Assembly: GCA_045599065.1 (NCBI GenBank)
Contig: JAZRVJ010000041.1
Location: forward strand, 1-59,444
Reading direction: 5' to 3'
Length of the DNA stretch: 59,444 bases
Source: Mycoplasmoidaceae bacterium
GTDB lineage: Bacteria; Bacillota_I; Bacilli_A; Mycoplasmatales; Mycoplasmoidaceae
The notes under the pieces were generated by a model, which made no database searches, was not told the origin of the DNA, and worked only from the letters and a program-made list of their open reading frames with translations. Made by a program: the position numbers and the translations under genes. Below, in pieces: positions 38,356 to 49,285 of the stretch (positions are counted from its first letter, which is position 1; every line of letters begins with the position of its first letter).

Positions 38356-38841
38356 ATGAACACAAACAAGGGAATGTACATCGAACAATTGGTTGATCGT
38401 ACAATTTTGTATTACCAGTTTAATAATTTAGGTTTTTTGGAAAAAAGACAAATACCAATTAAAGTTTTAAAACACATTAATGAAACAACAATAGTTGCTA
38501 AGTTAGTAGCTAAAGCTAAGGTTGACTATTTTGGCTATCTAAATCAACAATATATTGAAATTGAATGTAAACAAACAATTCATGAATATTTTGATTTAGC
38601 ATTAATTAAAAATCATCAACTGCAATATCTGAAAACAGTTAGTAAAATGAAGGCTTTAAGTTATGTTTTTATATACTTTGAAAAATATAACACAATCATG
38701 GCAATTAGCTATGATAATCTAATGTTAGCTAAATTAGAAAATAAGAAAAATGCCTTACCTTTTGAATTGATTAAAAGGTATGGCATTCAAATTGATTTAG
38801 TTTATCCGGGAATTTTAAACTTAGCAGTTTTATTTAAGTAA
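38356..38841 (+). CDS. recU: Holliday junction resolvase RecU
   Basis: Intact 161 aa ORF with a RecU-like core (DYFGY...IEIECKQT...HQLQYL). Confidence 0.75.
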   Translation: MNTNKGMYIEQLVDRTILYYQFNNLGFLEKRQIPIKVLKHINETTIVAKLVAKAKVDYFGYLNQQYIEIECKQTIHEYFDLALIKNHQLQYLKTVSKMKALSYVFIYFEKYNTIMAISYDNLMLAKLENKKNALPFELIKRYGIQIDLVYPGILNLAVLFK

Positions 38842-39741
38842 GAATGGAACTTTAAGTCCTGATTCTAATTTTATTTTCTTAAATTTTGCTTTATCGTAAT
38901 TAAAACCTAGAAGGTTAATTTTTGGATATTTTTGATTTTCTTTTGTCCTTAAAAAAGCATCAACAGTTTTGCATGCATTATTAAAGCCAGTAAATCTTGC
39001 ACCCATAGCAAGAACGTTTGCGCCATATTTGCTTCTTGCTAATTTTGCTGCTTTAGCATTGTTGCAAACGCAAGCATTCAAACCTTTAAATTTGTTAACT
39101 GTATTGGATATTCCAATACCCGTTCCACAAATTACAATACCACACTTAGCTCAGTTTGAACACAGTCCTAAAGCTATAGCGAACATAGAGTAGATTGTTG
39201 ATTGATCAGAGTCTGTACCAACATCAAGAACATCATAACCAAGAGATAGCAAGTAAGAAATGATGGATTGTTTTAGGGCAAATCCAGGATGGTCTGAAGC
39301 AATAACAATTCTTTTGTTTTTAACAAACTTCATTGCTTTAGTTGCTTTTGTTCAAGGTTCTTGCATAATTTGAAGTCTTGGAATGTGTCTGCCACCTTCA
39401 AATGTAGCCTTTAAAAAATTTTCAATGTAAATATTAACTTCATCTTGTTTAATAAAGTCTAATGGCAAAATCATAATAGGAGCATTATTATGCTCGATTG
39501 ATAATTTAGCTATTTCTTTGTCCAAGGTGTATGCGCAACAAATGTTTTGTATCTTAGAAAAATATAAATATGGTAAAAAACCATTTTTGTCAAAGACAAT
39601 AACTTTTGTTTTAGAAAGTAATTTAGCTACTTTCTTAAAAACTAAATAAGGGTTATTTTCATTAAAATAAATGACTTCGAAACCTTTTGTTCAAGTTTGA
39701 ATATTTTTAAGTTTGTTATTAACAAGAGCTATTGTTTTCAT
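38830..39741 (-). CDS. rpiB: ribose-5-phosphate isomerase B, tandem-domain form (degenerate N-terminal RpiB-like domain plus canonical C-terminal domain)
   Basis: The C-terminal domain is canonical (VIASDHPGF, CGTGIGISNTVNK). I translated 39334..39741 by hand; the frame stays open (TGA only) back to ATG 39741. That part encodes a second RpiB-like domain ending FEGGRHIPRL. An alternative start at ATG 39333 would give a 167 aa protein. Confidence 0.7.
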
Positions 39742-39824
39742 GTCTATATTATAAAAATAAAAATAAATTAATTGTTATATGTTAATGAAAAAATGTAAAA
39801 TCTAATATATAACAGGAGTCCAAT

Positions 39825-41324
39825 ATGTCAAAAATCTTAGATAAAGTATCACATACATTTAACGAATATTTATTAATTCCAAACTATAGTGATAGTAAAA
39901 ATATTCCTAGTAATGTTGTTTTAAAAACAACATTAACTAAATTTAAAAGAGGTTCAAAACCAAGAATTTCTATGAACATTCCAATGGTTAGTGCCATTAT
40001 GCAATCAGTTTCAGGTGATAAGCTAGCTATTGCTTTAGCAAAAGAAGGTGGTGTATCATTCATCTTTGGTGCACAATCAATTGCTAACGAAGCACAAATG
40101 GTTAAGAATGTTAAGGACCACAAAGCTGGTTTTGTAATTAGTGATTCAAATTTAAAAGAATCAGCTACTTTAGCTGATGTAATCGCTCTAAAAAGAAAAA
40201 CAGGACACTCAACTATTGCTATTACTTCTGATGGAACTTCTAATGGTAAATTATTGGGACTAGTTACATCAAAGGACTATCGTCCTAACCGTATGGCTAA
40301 AACAGCCAAGGTTAAAACATTCATGACACCTTTAAAGAACTTAGTTACTGCTAAAAATGGTATTTCGTTAGAAAAAGCTAATGACTTAATTTGAGAAAGC
40401 AAAATTAACCAATTACCTATTTTGGATAAAAAAGGTAACCTTAAATATTTGGTCTTTAGAAAAGACTATGACCAACACGAAATGTATCCTAATGAATTAT
40501 TGGATGCTAAAAAGAGATATATTGTTGGTGCTGGTATAAACACTAGAGACTATAAAGAACGTGTTCCTGCATTGGTTAAAGCTGGTGTAGACATTGTATG
40601 TCTTGATAGCTCAGATGGTTTTACACAATGACAAGCTGATGCAATAAAATGAATTAAAAAGCATTATCCATCATTACCTGTGGGTGCAGGAAATGTTGTT
40701 GATGGTAAAGGCTTTAGATTCCTAGCTAAAGCTGGTGCTGACTTTGTCAAAGTTGGTATTGGTGGTGGATCAATTTGCATTACACGTGAAACAAAAGGTA
40801 TTGGTCGTGGACAAGCCTCATCTGTAATAGATGTTTGTAAAGAAAGAGACAAATATCTAAAACAAACTGGAATTTATGTTCCAATCTGTTCAGATGGTGG
40901 TATTGTTTTAGACCATCACATTACTCTTGCTTTAGCAATGGGTGCTGACTTTGTAATGTTAGGTAGATACTTTGCAAGATTCGACGAATCTCCAAGTAAC
41001 AAGGTTAATATCAATGGTACATTCTATAAAGAATACTGAGGTGAGGGTTCAGCTAGAGCCAGAAACTGACAACGTTACGATTTAGGTGGCGATGAAAAAC
41101 TTAAATTCGAAGAAGGCGTAGATAGTTATGTACCTTATGCTGGCCACTTAAGTGATAACGTTAGATTATCTCTTGAAAAAGTTAGATCAACTATGTGCAA
41201 CTGTGGAGCTTTAAGTATTAAAGAATTGCAAAAGAATACTACCCTAACATTAGTTAGTGCAACTTCAATTGTTGAAGGTGGAGCACACGACGTTGTCTTG
41301 AAGGACAAAGTAAATATAAAATAA
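39825..41324 (+). CDS. guaB: IMP dehydrogenase
   Basis: Pieces 39825, 40422 and 40680 share one frame. It has the catalytic loop [11 protein letters not shown] and a CBS-type insert. The stop is TAA at 41322-41324. Confidence 0.9.
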
Positions 41325-41347
41325 GAGCTTTTAGCTCTTATTTTTTA
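41322..41347. terminator. bidirectional terminator between guaB and guaA
   Basis: Hairpin TAAGAGCT-TTT-AGCTCTTA followed by a T-run, between convergent genes. Confidence 0.6.
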
Positions 41348-42295
41348 TTCTCATTCAATTGTGCCAGGGGGTTTTGATGTTACATCATAACCTACACGAT
41401 TTATTCCATCAACCTCATCAGTTATACGTTTAGATATCTTGGCTAACACACTGTAAGGTAGTTGAGCAAACTTAGCTGTCATAGCATCTTTTGATTCTAC
41501 AGCACGAATGACAACGAAGTTGTCATATGAGCGTTTACCACATTTAATGCCTGTTGATTTAACGTTTGGTAAAACGACAAAGTATTGCCATAGTTTTTTG
41601 TTTAAGCCGGCTTTTTCAATTTCATATCTAACAATGGCATCAGCTTCTTGTAGAATTTTAACTTTAGCAGGTGTTAGTTCACCAAGAACTCTAACACCCA
41701 AACCAGGACCAGGGAATGGTTGTCTAATCAAGAATGAACTTGGTAAACCAAGTTGTTTACCAACTTCTCTAACTTGTGGTTTGTATAACATTTTCAATGG
41801 TTCAACCAAACCAAGTTTTAAGTTTTTAGGTAAACCACCAACATTGTGGTGAGACTTAATAACATTAGATTTTTTAGATTCAATAATATCAGGATAAATT
41901 GTTCCTTGTGCTAATCACTTTAAACCTTTAACACTTTTAATTGTTGAAGCAAAAACATCTATAAATGTTTTTCCGATAATTTTTCTTTTTCTTTCAGGAT
42001 CAATTACACCTTTTAAATTTTTAAAGAAAGTATTTTGTGCATCAACATATTTGAAGTTAATTTTAGGGAAAGCTTTTTTAAAGCTTGCCTTAACTTGTTT
42101 ACCTTCATCTTTACGCATTAGGCCAGTATCAACAAAGACACATGTCAATTGTTTACCAATTGCTTTGTAGACAATTGCAGCGGTAACGGCAGAGTCTACT
42201 CCGCCAGATAATGCACAGATAACTTTTTCTTTTCCTACTTGTTTTCTAATAGCTTTAATTTGTTTGTTAACAAATTGTTTAATATTTAGTTTCAT
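41345..42295 (-). CDS. guaA: GMP synthase, ATP-pyrophosphatase/dimerisation part only (no glutamine amidotransferase domain)
   Basis: Starts at [21 protein letters not shown] followed by the PP-loop SGGVDSAV. The C-terminus ends KPPGTIEWE. The protein is 316 aa. Only 75 nt of non-coding DNA separates its start from tuf. Confidence 0.85.
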
Positions 42296-42370
42296 ATTTA
42301 TACCTATGTTTATATTTTAATATAAAAAATAAAAAGAGGCTCGCGAACCCCTTTTTATAATTGAGAAAAA

Positions 42371-43555
42371 TTAAGCAATAATTTCAGTTACGTTTCCAGC
42401 ACCTACTGTGTGTCCACCTTCTCTAATAGAGAATTTTGAACCTTTTTCAATTGCTACTGGGGCAATTAATTCAACAGTAATTTCAGCGTTGTCACCAGGC
42501 ATGATCATGTCAACACCTTGTGCAAGTTGAATTGAACCTGTAACGTCAGTTGTTCTAAAGTAGAATTGAGGTCTATAACCTTGATGGAATGCAGTGTGAC
42601 GTCCACCTTCTTCTTTCTTTAGAGCATAGATTTGAGCTTTAAATTTCTTGTAAGGTTTAATTGAACCTGATTTAGCTAATACTTGACCACGTTCAACATC
42701 TTCACGGTTTACACCACGAAGTAAGATACCTGCGTTGTCACCAGCAATAGCTGAGTCTAGAGTTTTTCTAAACATTTCAATACCAGTTACAACAACTTTT
42801 CTTGTTGGTCTTAAACCAACGATTTCAACTTCGTCGTTCATCTTAACTTCACCACGTTCAACACGTCCTGTTACAACAGTACCACGACCTGTAATAGTGA
42901 AGATGTCTTCGATTGGAAGTAAGAATGGCTTGTCAGTTTCTCTTACTGGGTTAGGAATGTATGTATCAACTGCATCCATTAATTTTTGAATTTCAGCTTC
43001 TCATTCAGGTTTACCTTGCAAAGCACCTAGAGCTGATCCAAAAATCATTGGAACGTTGTCACCATCAAATCCATAACTTGTTAGCAAGTCTCTGATGTCC
43101 ATTTCAACTAGTTCCTTAACTTCTTTATCTGTTACAACGTCACATTTGTTAACAAATACTACGATTTTAGGAACTCCTACTTGTCTAGCAAGTAAGATGT
43201 GTTCTCTTGTTTGAGGCATAGCACCGTCAGATGCTGCAACTACCAGAATTGCTCCATCCATTTGAGCTGCACCAGTAATCATGTTCTTTACATAGTCAGC
43301 GTGTCCTGGACAGTCTACGTGTGCATAGTGTCGCTTAGCTGTTTGGTATTCTACGTGTGCTGTGTTAATAGTAATACCACGAGCTTTTTCTTCAGGCGCA
43401 CTATCAATTTGTGCGTAATCCTTCTTTTCGGCTAAACCTTTTTTAGATAAATAAGTACAGATTGCGGCAGTTAATGTTGTTTTACCGTGGTCAATGTGAC
43501 CAATTGTACCGATATTAACATGGGGTTTAGAACGATCAAATTTTCCAATTGCCAT
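42371..43555 (-). CDS. tuf: elongation factor Tu
   Basis: Two pieces share one frame, giving 394 aa. GHIDHGKTT and DCPGHADY are present. Confidence 0.98.
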
Positions 43556-43635
43556 ATTTTTTCTCCTTTATGTTTTTTTCAATTGTGTATATATTATATA
43601 TAGTAAATATCTTTTTTTACATATAAATTTTATAC

Positions 43636-43662
43636 AAAAGCATTGGTTTATAACCAATGCCT
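43636..43662 (-). terminator. hairpin downstream of clpB
   Basis: Hairpin GCATTGGTT-TAT-AACCAATGC. The minus-strand U-tract is short (TTTTG). Confidence 0.45.
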
Positions 43663-43669
43663 TTATTTT

Positions 43670-45805
43670 TTAACTGCCTTGTGGAAAGACAGAAACTTTT
43701 TTAGTCTTAAGATCGAAACTTAAATTGTATTTTGTATTTTTCTTTAGACTTCCAGAGATTATTTCATTAGCCAAAATATTTTCAATATTTCTTTGGATGA
43801 ATCTCTTGATTGGCCTTGCACCGTAGTTTGGATCATAAGCTTCTTTTGCTACAAAGTTGATGATTTTATCATCAAATTCAACTAAATAATCTTGTTCAGT
43901 TAAACGCTTAGATACATCTTGTAATTGCGTTTTAACAATTTCATGAATGTGTTTTTCATCTAATGCATTAAAGACAATGATTTCATCAATTCTATTAATG
44001 AATTCTGGTTTTAATCTTGCTTTAACTGCTTCTAAGACTTTGTCTTTTTTATTTTCAAGCACGTACTCGCCACCTATGTTACTAGTCATTATGATAATTG
44101 AATTCTTAAAGTTAACATAGCGTCCGTGGCTGTCTTTAAGTTGACCATCGTCAAGCACTTGTAATAAAATGTTTAAAACATCAACGTGAGCTTTTTCGAT
44201 TTCATCGAATAAGATAACTGAATATGGTTTTGTTCTAACTGCTTCAGTTAATAAACCACCTTGATCAAATCCAACATATCCTGGAGGTGCACCAATTAGT
44301 TTTGCAACTGAATGTTTTTCCATATATTCAGACATATCAAATCTAATCATTTGTTTTTCCGAATCAAACATATTTAAAGCTAATGCTTTAGCTAGTTGTG
44401 TTTTACCTACACCAGTTGGTCCAAGAAATAAGAAAGAACCAATTGGTTTATTAGGATCATTTATACCTGCTCTACCTCTTAAAACCGCATTAGCAACTAA
44501 GTCAACCGCTTCATCTTGACCTTTAACCATTAGTTTAATATCTTGTCCTAAATTATTCAATTTAGTTTGTTCAGATTGAAGCAATTTATTTAATGGAATA
44601 TTTGTTGTTGCGGAAATAACCTCAGCTACTTCATTAACAGTTACACTATCTGAGAAGTTGTGACCAGCAGAAGTTTTCTCAAAAACTTCTTCTAGTTCTT
44701 TAAGTTGTTTTTGCTTTTCAGGAATTTCTACATAAAGCAATTTAGAAGCTTTTTCAAATTCACCGTCAGCTTGTAATCTTTCTGCTTCAAGTTTTTTATT
44801 TTCAATAAAAGATTTAAGATCATTAATCTTTTTATGTTCTTCTTTATTTTTATTTCATTCGGCTAATTCTTTATCTTGAACTTTTTTAAGTTCATCTAAT
44901 TGTCCTGTAATTTCTTCTAACGACTTTTTAGATTTTTCATCTTCTTCTTTACTCAAAGCAGCTTTAGCTGTTTCAAGATAAATGATTTGTCTGTTTCTTT
45001 TATCAAGTTCAGGAGGTAATGAATGGAACTGAGTTTTAACTTTAGCAGCAGCTTCATCAATTAAATCAATAGATTTATCTGGTAAATATCTATCAGAAAT
45101 ATATCTATCAGATAAATTAACTGCTGCAACTAAAGCTGAGTCATGAATCTTAACTTGGTGGAATAATTCTCATCTTTCTTTTAGACCACGCATGATTGTT
45201 AATGCTTCTTCTTTAGTAGGTTCTACTACTAAAATCTTTTGCATTCTTCTTTCTAGTGCTGCATCTTTTTCAATATATTGTCTATATTCATTAATAGTTG
45301 TAGCACCAATGACTTTTATTTCCCCGCGAGCCATCATTGGTTTTAAAATATTAGCGGCATCCATAGCAGAACCACCCGAGGTTCTACCTGCACCAACCAA
45401 TTGATGAATCTCATCAATAAATAGAATAATGTTGCCATTAGATTCTTTAATTTGTTTCACAACATTATTTAATCTTTGTTCAAATTGACCTTGGAAGCTT
45501 GCACCCGAAATTAAACTAGCTAAGGATAGTTCCCAGACCTCTTTACCAATTAAGTTGTTTGGAACGTCTTTTGCTACTATTCTAGCAGCAAAGCCCTCAA
45601 CAATAGCAGTCTTACCTACTCCAGGTTCGCCGATTAATACTGGATTATTTTTAGTTTTCCTAGAAATAATTTCGATTAATCTTCTTATTTCTTTTTCACG
45701 ACCAATAATAGGGTCAACTTTGTTGTCCCTAACATCTTGGGTAATATTACGCCCAAATTGTCTTAGGGCATTTTCATCATCTGGTTTTTGATAACTAAAT
45801 TCCAT
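43670..45805 (-). CDS. clpB: ATP-dependent chaperone ClpB (short form lacking the N-domain)
   Basis: Pieces 43670..44740 and 45170..45805 share one frame, giving 711 aa. It has two AAA+ modules ([16 protein letters not shown]) with a coiled-coil between them. Confidence 0.93.
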
Positions 45806-45843
45806 AATTTATTTACCTCGATCTATACCATTATACAACAAAA

Positions 45844-45870
45844 TTAGCACTCTCACCAATAAAGTGCTAA
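45844..45870. promoter_or_regulatory. CIRCE operator (HrcA binding site) upstream of clpB
   Basis: TTAGCACTC-TCACCAATA-AAGTGCTAA matches the consensus TTAGCACTC-N9-GAGTGCTAA. It lies 39 nt upstream of the clpB ATG. Confidence 0.85.
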
Positions 45871-45932
45871 TTATATTTTGTTGAGTTTTATTATATATAT
45901 ATATATAATAAAAGTGAGGGAATTAAAAAAAT

Positions 45933-47132
45933 ATGAAAAAAATTAACAAGTTAATGCCATTTTTGGGTGTTGGTATAGCTGGTGTGTCTCTTGCTCCAGT
46001 TATAACATTAACTTCATGTGGCGAAAAAGTTCGAGAGGTAAAAAACGCAGCTGAATTACGTACTGCTCTTCAAGACACAACAATAGGTGCTATTAGTCTA
46101 AAAAACAGTATACGGATTACAGATCTTGCTGATACTGAGAATGCTTCAGCATTTACAATTAATAGGCCTGTTAAAATTTATGGTAATGGTAATATAATTG
46201 ACGTAAGCGATGAGACTAGAATATGCACTAGCAAAAATAGATCTGTGTTTAATATTGACGTAAGTAAAGAAAAACGAGGTAATATTGTCTTTGACAATCT
46301 TAAAATCTATCTAGAGGCTTCATCTATAGTGTCATCAACAATTATTGCTAATAATATTCAAGGTAGTCATTTAAAATTTAATAAATGCACTGTTAAATCA
46401 AATTGGCAACAAGGTGGAACATGGAAAAGATATTATGCACTCAGAATTGAGCGACATAACATTGAAGAGAGCACTATTACGATCGAAAACGAATCCGATT
46501 TTGAAGGATGAGCAGCTATTTACAATCTTGGTAGTAAGGTTCGTTTAACAGCGAGAAATTCTAAATTTATTGGTGTTAATGATTATGAGTTTAGTGCAGA
46601 TGCTGAATTTGGTACAATTATAGCGTCTGATCATCCTGTTTATATGCCAGGATGATCTGGCTTGGATGCTCACTGCTTTAGTGCTGATAATGATTTTAAA
46701 TTTACATCATGCACAATCGAAGCTCAAACTACATATTATGCCGCTGGGGCGGAAGTAAATCCAATGTATCAATTACTTGTTGCAAATAGATCTGCCGCAA
46801 ACAACACAGTAACTGTTGATGAAAGTTGCACATGCACAAGAAATTTGAAAGCTTCTAGTCCTTTCTTTGATACTTGGTTTGCTACGATTGATCCTAATCG
46901 ATGCACTAGTTATGATAGTACAATTACAGTGGATTTAATTAACAATTATAGTGGTTCTGATAAACCTAGTGATTTTCCTGAAAATATAACTAGTGTTGCT
47001 GATGATTATTTTGGTTACTACGCAACAAGAGACAAACTATCTAAAATAATTGTTCCAGATAAATGGGGCAAAACAAGACATAATGGCCTTCATGGAATAA
47101 ATAGTGATCTTGTATTCATTCCACACGAATAA
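45933..47132 (+). CDS. lipoprotein with predicted right-handed beta-helix-like repeats (unknown function)
   Basis: Pieces 45933 and 46662 share one frame (TGA joins). It has a signal peptide plus lipobox (VITLTSCGEK). The N-terminal pattern AAELRTALQD..ISLKNSIRI..INRPVKIYGNGNIIDV and recurring short beta-strand-like segments fit a beta-helix. Confidence 0.6.
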
Positions 47133-47146
47133 TGTTAATTTAATAT

Positions 47147-47177
47147 TAAAAAAGAGGACCTAGAAGGTTCTCTTTTT
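47147..47177. terminator. bidirectional terminator (lipoprotein gene / tRNA-Arg)
   Basis: Hairpin AGAGGACC-TAGAA-GGTTCTCT with an A-run before it and a T-run after it. Confidence 0.65.
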
Positions 47178-47184
47178 GATTTAA

Positions 47185-47261
47185 TGGCGCGCCAGAGAGG
47201 ATTCGAACCTCCGACCACGCGCTTAGAAGGCGCGTACTCTATCCAACTGAGCTACTGGCAC
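47185..47261 (-). tRNA. tRNA-Arg (anticodon UCU)
   Basis: The reverse complement is GTGCCAGTAGCTCAGTTGGATAGAGTACGCGCCTTCTAAGCGCGTGGTCGGAGGTTCGAATCCTCTCTGGCGCGCCA. It folds as a cloverleaf with a 7-bp acceptor stem, anticodon loop CTTCTAA, T-loop TTCGAAT and an encoded CCA. Confidence 0.9.
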
Positions 47262-47306
47262 ATTTGCTTATATATTATATATTTTAGTGAATTTTATTTT
47301 TACAAA

Positions 47307-47315
47307 TGTTATAAT
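47307..47315 (+). promoter_or_regulatory. extended -10 promoter element (TGTTATAAT)
   Basis: TGnTATAAT match lying 7 nt upstream of the base of the 47322..47377 hairpin. Confidence 0.4.
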
Positions 47316-47321
47316 TTATTC

Positions 47322-47385
47322 GTTAAGGGTAGGATTCGCACGGTCGCGTTTTGCAAAAGAGTACTCACACCCTTAACTTTTTTAT
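47322..47385 (+). terminator. long hairpin plus U-tract upstream of tig (attenuator or small RNA)
   Basis: GTTAAGGGT...(38 nt)...ACCCTTAAC followed by TTTTTT. It lies 60 nt upstream of the tig ATG. Confidence 0.45.
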
Positions 47386-47445
47386 TAAACTTTTTATTAT
47401 TTTTATACTTTATAATTAAATAACTTTACTAAGAGGTAAGAAAAG

Positions 47446-48798
47446 ATGAAAATTTTATCAACAAAAATAAAAGATAATAGTCAAGTTTTTGAAATCGAAG
47501 TAGATGCTTCTTTTTGAAAAGAAGAATTTGCTAAAACAAAGAAGAACATAGCTAAAAATATCTCTGTTCAAGGCTTTAGAAAAGGACATGTTCCTGCTAA
47601 TATTATTGATGAAAGAGTTAGTCCTGAGCAAGTTGCTTATCAAACACTTGATAAGAATCAAAATGCAATTATCACAGATATCATTCATTCTAAAGAATTT
47701 GAAAAATCAAATTGTTTAGATGCAGTTAATAAACTTGAAGTTATTAAACTGTCTGGTGACAAAGCTCCAGTTTTAAAAGTTAGCTTTGATCTTGTACCAA
47801 AGGTAGAAGGTTTTAAAAAAGAAGATCTTAAAAAGATCTCTATTCCTCCTTATAAAGCTAAACCACTTGCTCAAAGTTTAATTGATCAACAAATAAAAAT
47901 GATGATTAAACCAGATGCTATGGTTAGTGTTAAAAAAGGTGTTATAGCAAAAGGTGATATTGCAGTAATTGACTTTACTGGTTTTAAAGATGGCAAAGAA
48001 TTTGCTGGTGGTAAAGCCAAAGATTATGAATTAGAAATTGGTTCAAAATCATTTATTGATAACTTTGAAGACCAATTGATTGGTCTTAAAAAAGGTGATA
48101 AGAAAGATGTCAAGGTTTCTTTCCCTAAAAATTATCATGTTAAAGATTTAGCTGGTGCCCCAGTTAAATTTGAAGTAGTTATTAAGGATGTTAAATCTAT
48201 TGAATATCCAGAGATTAACAAACAATATTTAACTAAATTTAAAATTGATGCAAAGGATAAAAAAGGTCTAGAAGATTATTTAAAGAATTTATTTGATCAA
48301 GAAAATCAAATGCAATATCAAGAAGCTTCTATGCGTATTATCCAAGCAGAAATTGGTAAGAAAGCAAAGCTTAACTACTATCCTGCTAGCTTAATTGCTA
48401 TGCATAAAAGGCAAGTTTTAGCTAACTATGAACAAGAAGCTAAAAATCGTGGTTTTAAAACTTTAGCTACTTACAAAAAAGCTTTAGGTTTAAAAGATGA
48501 TGCTTTTGATTTAATTGTTAACAATTCAGCTAAAAGCTTATTAGATGTTTCTATGGTGTTTGAAAAGCTTATAGAAGAATTCAAGCTTAAAGTAGAAGAA
48601 GATGATAAAAAAGAACAATTATCTAGATTAGCTAGATACTTAGGTGATGAAGCTAAAGCAAAAGAGGCTTATGACAGAAACAAAGATTATATGGATTCAG
48701 TCATTATTAGAGAAAAGCTTTTCAAGAAATTAATTGCTGAAGTTAAAAAAGAAGAACCTAAACCAGCTAAAAAAGAGCAAAAAGCTGCAAAGAAATAA
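47446..48798 (+). CDS. tig: trigger factor
   Basis: ATG 47446 is preceded by AAGAGG. It begins MKILSTKIKDNSQVFEIEVD and joins the 47899 piece in frame. A central FKBP-type PPIase region is visible (GDIAVIDFTGFKDGKEFAGG). The protein is 450 aa. Confidence 0.92.
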
Positions 48799-48805
48799 AA
48801 ATTAA

Positions 48806-48830
48806 ACATATATCAAGATATATGTTTTTT
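48806..48830 (+). terminator. terminator after tig
   Basis: Hairpin CATATAT-CAAG-ATATATG followed by TTTTTT. Confidence 0.65.
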
Positions 48831-48891
48831 AAATATTTTTGCTCATTTACATTTTTATAAATCAAGTAGTATATGGAGAATATATTATTTT

Positions 48892-49164
48892 ATGAATTGT
48901 TTAAAGGACATTGCAAAGCAATGAGAAAATATCAGCTTTAAGCAATTATCAAACATTTATAATAACTTTAAGATAGTTAAACCAAAAGATATGGTTAAAC
49001 TATCAAATAGTAAGATTGCTAAAGACGAGATATTAATTATGGCAGTTAAAAAACATAAAGGTCCAGATAAATTAGATCTAATCATTGAACGATTAGATAG
49101 AATTGAAAATAGACTAACTTCAGTTATCAAAGCCAACAATCTTATTGATCCTACTCAAAAGTAG
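48892..49164 (+). CDS. hypothetical protein (90 aa)
   Basis: ATG 48892 has GGAGA 13 nt upstream. There is one internal TGA. My translation is MNCLKDIAKQWENISFKQL...RLDRIENRLTSVIKANNLIDPTQK, with a coiled-coil-like C-terminus. Confidence 0.45.
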
Positions 49165-49234
49165 TCCTATTTACCTATAAATTGACCTATGATAAAGCAT
49201 TTTAGAAATGCTTTATATTAAAAATATAAAAAAA

Positions 49235-49261
49235 TTAGCACTCTCACCAATAATGTGCTAA
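49235..49261. promoter_or_regulatory. CIRCE operator upstream of lon
   Basis: TTAGCACTC-TCACCAATA-ATGTGCTAA. It ends 25 nt before the lon ATG. Confidence 0.85.
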
Positions 49262-49285
49262 AATGTATATGTTGGAGGTTTTAAT

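Noticed and set aside
47185-47261. Possible amber-suppressor tRNA (the anticodon looks like CUA if the loop is mis-registered as TTCTAAG)
   Set aside because: Folding the cloverleaf properly (5-bp anticodon stem CGCGC/GCGCG) gives the loop CTTCTAA, with U33 and anticodon UCU. This is an ordinary tRNA-Arg for AGA/AGG, the dominant Arg codons here.
47322-47385. SRP (4.5S) RNA or tmRNA at the hairpin upstream of tig
   Set aside because: It lacks the conserved SRP domain IV motifs (the GGAA tetraloop and AGCA/GA symmetric loop context) and is far too short for tmRNA. I kept it only as an unassigned hairpin or attenuator.
47184-47423. 79 aa plus-strand ORF starting MARQRGFEPPTT
   Set aside because: Its 5' part is simply the antisense of tRNA-Arg. 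The rest runs through the promoter and hairpin region. It is not a gene.
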